Below are positions 32,796-35,366 of a DNA stretch of 35,366 nt, one piece after another. How positions within the stretch are numbered: position 1 is the first letter of the stretch; each line of letters opens with the position of its first letter. This DNA is from Desulfobacteraceae bacterium (lineage in GTDB: Bacteria; Desulfobacterota; Desulfobacteria; Desulfobacterales; SpSt-501), in the NCBI GenBank assembly GCA_041310825.1, contig JBFYWX010000274.1:1-35366 (forward strand), given 5' to 3'. The position numbers were made by a program, and so were the translations under genes. The notes below the pieces were generated by a model, which was given only the letters and a program-made list of their open reading frames with translations, had not been told where the DNA came from and did no database searches.

Positions 32796-33059
32796 ATGTT
32801 TGCAAAAGTGTCCAAAAAAGGCCAGGTCACGATCCCCAAGCCGATCCGCGAAAAGCTGAAAATCCACGACAACGGGGGCGTTTTGTTTCTGATCGAGGAT
32901 GACGAGGTGCTGCTACAGGGGGTCCCCGGCGGCCGAAACGATGAACTCGCCGGGTCGCTCAAGCAGTATGCCGACAATTACGTTGCGCTCGAAAAAGTGC
33001 GAAAAAAAATTCAGGGGAAAATCGCCCGCGATGCCGCCCGAGAAGGTTTATCTGATTGA
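32796..33059 (+). CDS. vapB: AbrB/SpoVT-fold antitoxin (VapB-type)
   Basis: MFAKVSKKGQVTIPKPIREKLKI is the SpoVT-AbrB looped-hinge motif. It overlaps the downstream PIN gene by 29 nt. Confidence 0.8.
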   Translation: MFAKVSKKGQVTIPKPIREKLKIHDNGGVLFLIEDDEVLLQGVPGGRNDELAGSLKQYADNYVALEKVRKKIQGKIARDAAREGLSD

Positions 33060-33438
33060 CACCAATGTCGTTTTGCGCTTTCTGCTTGACGATCATGCGA
33101 CATTCAGCCCGAAGGCCAAGCGGTTCATGCAGGATGTCTTCAACAAGGGCAGATCAGCGACGCTTCCGGCAGTTGTTCTCGTCGAGTGTGTTTACGTTCT
33201 TGAAAAGTTCTATCGGGTCCCACGAAGCGACATCGTCGATAATCTGAGCAGACTCCTCACCTACCCGGGAATCGTCAACTCCGACCGAGCCGAGTTGCTG
33301 AAGGCCCTGATACTGTACCTGCATTCCGGCACGGATATCGTCGACTGCATTCTTGCCGCCTCCTCCACAGAGCAGTCCTTGGTTGTCTCCTTCGACAAGG
33401 ATTTCAGCAAACTCAGGGCGCACACCGAGAGTTTATAG
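33031..33438 (+). CDS. vapC: PIN-domain ribonuclease toxin (VapC-type)
   Basis: YLIDTNVVLRFLLDD, VVLVECVYVL, DIVDCILAA and SFDKDF supply the conserved acidic PIN residues. ATG at 33031 is in frame with the longer track ORF. Confidence 0.85.
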   Translation: MPPEKVYLIDTNVVLRFLLDDHATFSPKAKRFMQDVFNKGRSATLPAVVLVECVYVLEKFYRVPRSDIVDNLSRLLTYPGIVNSDRAELLKALILYLHSGTDIVDCILAASSTEQSLVVSFDKDFSKLRAHTESL

Positions 33439-33560
33439 CCGACTGAATCCCGGATCGTTGCCCACCCCCTGAGCGTCCCGGCTGACGGCCGAGCGGCCCT
33501 GCTTAAACCTCTTAAAAAATTCTCCCGGTACGCGCCCTCCTTAAAAATCACCCTCCGGCC
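33421..33560 (+). repeat. Right copy of the imperfect direct repeat bounding the TA islet
   Basis: See 31187-31316. This copy begins inside the last codons of vapC (..HTESL, TAG 33436-33438). Confidence 0.8.
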
Positions 33561-33644
33561 GGGCTTTCCGCAGGCCTTGCTTAATTTGGCAAATTCGATC
33601 AGAGGCGTGCCATCGGGTGCCGGGAGCGTCCCTATCGGCAGCTT

Positions 33645-34502
33645 CTAATTGTGGTTCGAATCGGCGAAATACTTGATCATCATCTCGCCGAGTTCCTTGG
33701 AGCGAAGAGTGGCCGCTTCCACGGCGTTGATCAGGGTGGTGCGCAGCCCGCCCTTCTCGAGCGTGTGAATACCGGCGATGGCCGTGCCGCCGGGCGAGGT
33801 GACGCGGTCCTTCAGCTGGCCCGGGTGCTCGCCGGTTTCCATCAGCAGCTTGGCCGCGCCCAGGACGGTCTGGGCGGCGAGGAACTGGGAATCCTTGCGG
33901 GACAAGCCCATCTTCACCCCGGCGTCGGCCAGCGCGTCCACGATGATGAAGATGTAGGCCGGCCCGCTGCCGCTTAGGCCCGTGATGGCATCCATCAGAT
34001 AATTCTCGCGCAGGAACACGGCCTTGCCCACGGAATTGAAGATCGCCATCGCCAGCTCGACGTCTTCCTTCTTGGCGTGCTTGCCGGCCGAAATCGCGGT
34101 GGCGGACTCCTTGACCGAGGCGGCGATGTTCGGCATGACCCGGATCAGGCGCAGCTCCTTGTGCAGCAGGGACTCGATGGCCCGCAGCGGGACGCCGGCG
34201 GCGATGGAGATGACGAGCTTGGACATGTCCAGATGATCGGCGGTTTCCTTCAACACCTCCGCCATGAGCTGCGGCTTCACCGCGTAGATGACGACCTCCG
34301 ACTGTGCGGCGGCCTCCGCGTTGCTCGGGCTGGTGCGAACCCCGTAGCGGGCGCGCAGCTCTTCCAGCCGCTCCTCGCGGATGTCGGTGCAGAGGATATC
34401 CGCCGGCCTCGCCGATCCGGATTGCACCAGGCCGCTCACCAGGGCCTCGCCCATGTTGCCGCACCCCAAAAAACAAAGCTTCTTGTCGATCAACTTGCCC
34501 AC
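33645..34502 (-). CDS. proC: Pyrroline-5-carboxylate reductase
   Basis: N-terminal Rossmann motif LCFLGCGNMGEAL. C-terminal signature SPGGTAIAGIHTLEKGGLR. GTG at 34502 has GAAGGAGG 5 nt upstream. The track's TTG 34517 lies inside that SD. Confidence 0.9.
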   Translation of the reverse strand: MGKLIDKKLCFLGCGNMGEALVSGLVQSGSARPADILCTDIREERLEELRARYGVRTSPSNAEAAAQSEVVIYAVKPQLMAEVLKETADHLDMSKLVISIAAGVPLRAIESLLHKELRLIRVMPNIAASVKESATAISAGKHAKKEDVELAMAIFNSVGKAVFLRENYLMDAITGLSGSGPAYIFIIVDALADAGVKMGLSRKDSQFLAAQTVLGAAKLLMETGEHPGQLKDRVTSPGGTAIAGIHTLEKGGLRTTLINAVEAATLRSKELGEMMIKYFADSNHN

Positions 34503-34598
34503 GGCGGCCTCCTTCAATAACTTTCAAAGTAGAATCGAATATTTATGGACTCACGCCCCGATAGTCAAGCACTATATCAGCGGCGGCACCGTTTGCGC

Positions 34599-34639
34599 TT
34601 GACACGCGGGCGGCGCGAGGGTATAAATGGTCTAACCAT
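34599..34639 (+). promoter_or_regulatory. Consensus-like sigma-70 promoter plus GntR-type palindromic operator
   Basis: TTGACA (34599-34604), 17-nt spacer, TATAAA (34622-34627). This is followed directly by the palindrome ATGGT-cta-ACCAT (34627-34639). Confidence 0.65.
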
Positions 34640-34668
34640 TACAAGAGACCTGCGACGGATACCCTGCC

Positions 34669-35366
34669 ATGTTTCAAACCGCCAAACCCACCAAGGTCTT
34701 CCAGGAAGTGGTCGCCCAGATCGAGGAGGCCATTCTCGCCGGCCGCATCGAAACCGGCCAGACCCTGCCGTCCGAGCGGGACCTGAAAGCGATGTTTCAG
34801 ATCAGCCGCGGAACCCTGCGCGAAGCCCTGCGGGTGTTGGAGCAGAAGGGGCTGATCGAGATCCGTTTAGGTGTCGGCGGCGGCTCCGTGGTGCGGGCCA
34901 TGGATGCCGGACGCGTCAGTGAAAGCCTGGGGCTGCTCATCCGCTCGCAGAAAGTCTCATTGAACCACCTGGCCGAATTCCGTGAGGCGGTGGAGGGCAG
35001 CATTGCCGCGCAGGCGGCTGAGCGGCGCTGCGCGGCCGACATCCGCCAGCTGCGAGCTTTGCTGGAAATCGCCCGTTCCTGCGTGCAGGCCGGTTGCAGG
35101 CGGCGCGACGAATTCCTCGAGGTGGACAAGCAGATCCACATGACCATCGCCGCCACCACCCGGAACCCGATTTACCAGAGTGTGCTCACCTCCATTCACG
35201 ACAACATCCACCGTTATTACGACCGCTTTCTGTCGATGGACGACCCGGAACTCCAGGAAAACTGCCGCGATCTCTGCGAGCTGGTCGATGCGATCGAAAA
35301 AGGGGCCGCCGATGACGCCCGGCGGCTCGCCCGCGGACACGTGCAGCGCTTCAACGGCTACATGCA
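34669..35366 (+). CDS. GntR-family transcriptional regulator, FadR/FCD subfamily (3' end outside window)
   Basis: My own translation from ATG 34669: MFQTAKPTKVFQEVVAQIEEAILAGRIETGQTLPSERDLKAMFQISRGTLREALRVLEQKGLIEIR. This is a winged HTH, followed by a helical FCD-like region (..EVDKQIHMTIAATTRNP..). There is no stop before the window end, so it is absent from the ORF track. Confidence 0.85.
   Translation, partial: MFQTAKPTKVFQEVVAQIEEAILAGRIETGQTLPSERDLKAMFQISRGTLREALRVLEQKGLIEIRLGVGGGSVVRAMDAGRVSESLGLLIRSQKVSLNHLAEFREAVEGSIAAQAAERRCAADIRQLRALLEIARSCVQAGCRRRDEFLEVDKQIHMTIAATTRNPIYQSVLTSIHDNIHRYYDRFLSMDDPELQENCRDLCELVDAIEKGAADDARRLARGHVQRFNGYM

Noticed and set aside
33525-33558. Anti-Shine-Dalgarno mimicry in the right flank repeat (CCTCCTTA and ATCACCCTCC resemble the 16S 3' tail).
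   Set aside because: The left copy reads ATCCTTA / ATTACCATCC at the same positions. The resemblance is therefore not conserved and is probably fortuitous.

Overview
All product calls come from motif recognition in the supplied translations; no database search was run. The window is a GC-rich bacterial chromosomal segment, roughly two-thirds G+C by eye, with short AT-rich promoter patches and one lower-GC island. Gene content suggests an anaerobe with a deltaproteobacterial/Desulfobacterota flavour (class III RNR, sigma-54 activators, PilZ, DUF4124), but the taxon cannot be proven from here.

About 40 genes, in window order:
- A CbbQ/NorQ-type AAA+ ATPase (5' truncated) and a 905-aa NorD/CbbO-type VWA partner.
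- A DUF4124 / UbiA(MenA-like) / CPBP-protease operon.
- An XPD/DinG helicase with an N-terminal PD-(D/E)xK nuclease.
- Two adjacent atypical sigma-54-type AAA+ regulators, one of them frameshifted.
- Two Hsp20 genes, a LysM protein and a PilZ protein.
- OsmC, and a single-ORF GcvT-SHMT fusion.
- A GT4 glycosyltransferase and an Fe-S protein.
- MaoC hydratase plus an acyl-CoA synthetase, and an HD hydrolase.
- nrdDG with tandem NrdR boxes.
- A ChaN-like lipoprotein and a periplasmic thioredoxin.
- A ~2.2-kb toxin-antitoxin/GNAT islet bounded by ~130-bp direct repeats.
- proC and a FadR-type GntR regulator (3' truncated).

Most interesting observations:
1. A ~125-nt long-hairpin repeat family with three full copies plus fragments. 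The core is conserved, while the outer stems differ between copies yet stay self-complementary.
2. The GcvT-SHMT fusion.
3. NrdD reads GRIAY where the glycyl-radical motif RxxGY is expected.
4. The two sigma-54-type regulators have complementary domain losses.
5. The repeat-bounded TA islet carries a decayed HEPN gene.

No CRISPR array, rRNA or tRNA was seen. Many long ORFs in the track are antisense shadows of real genes.
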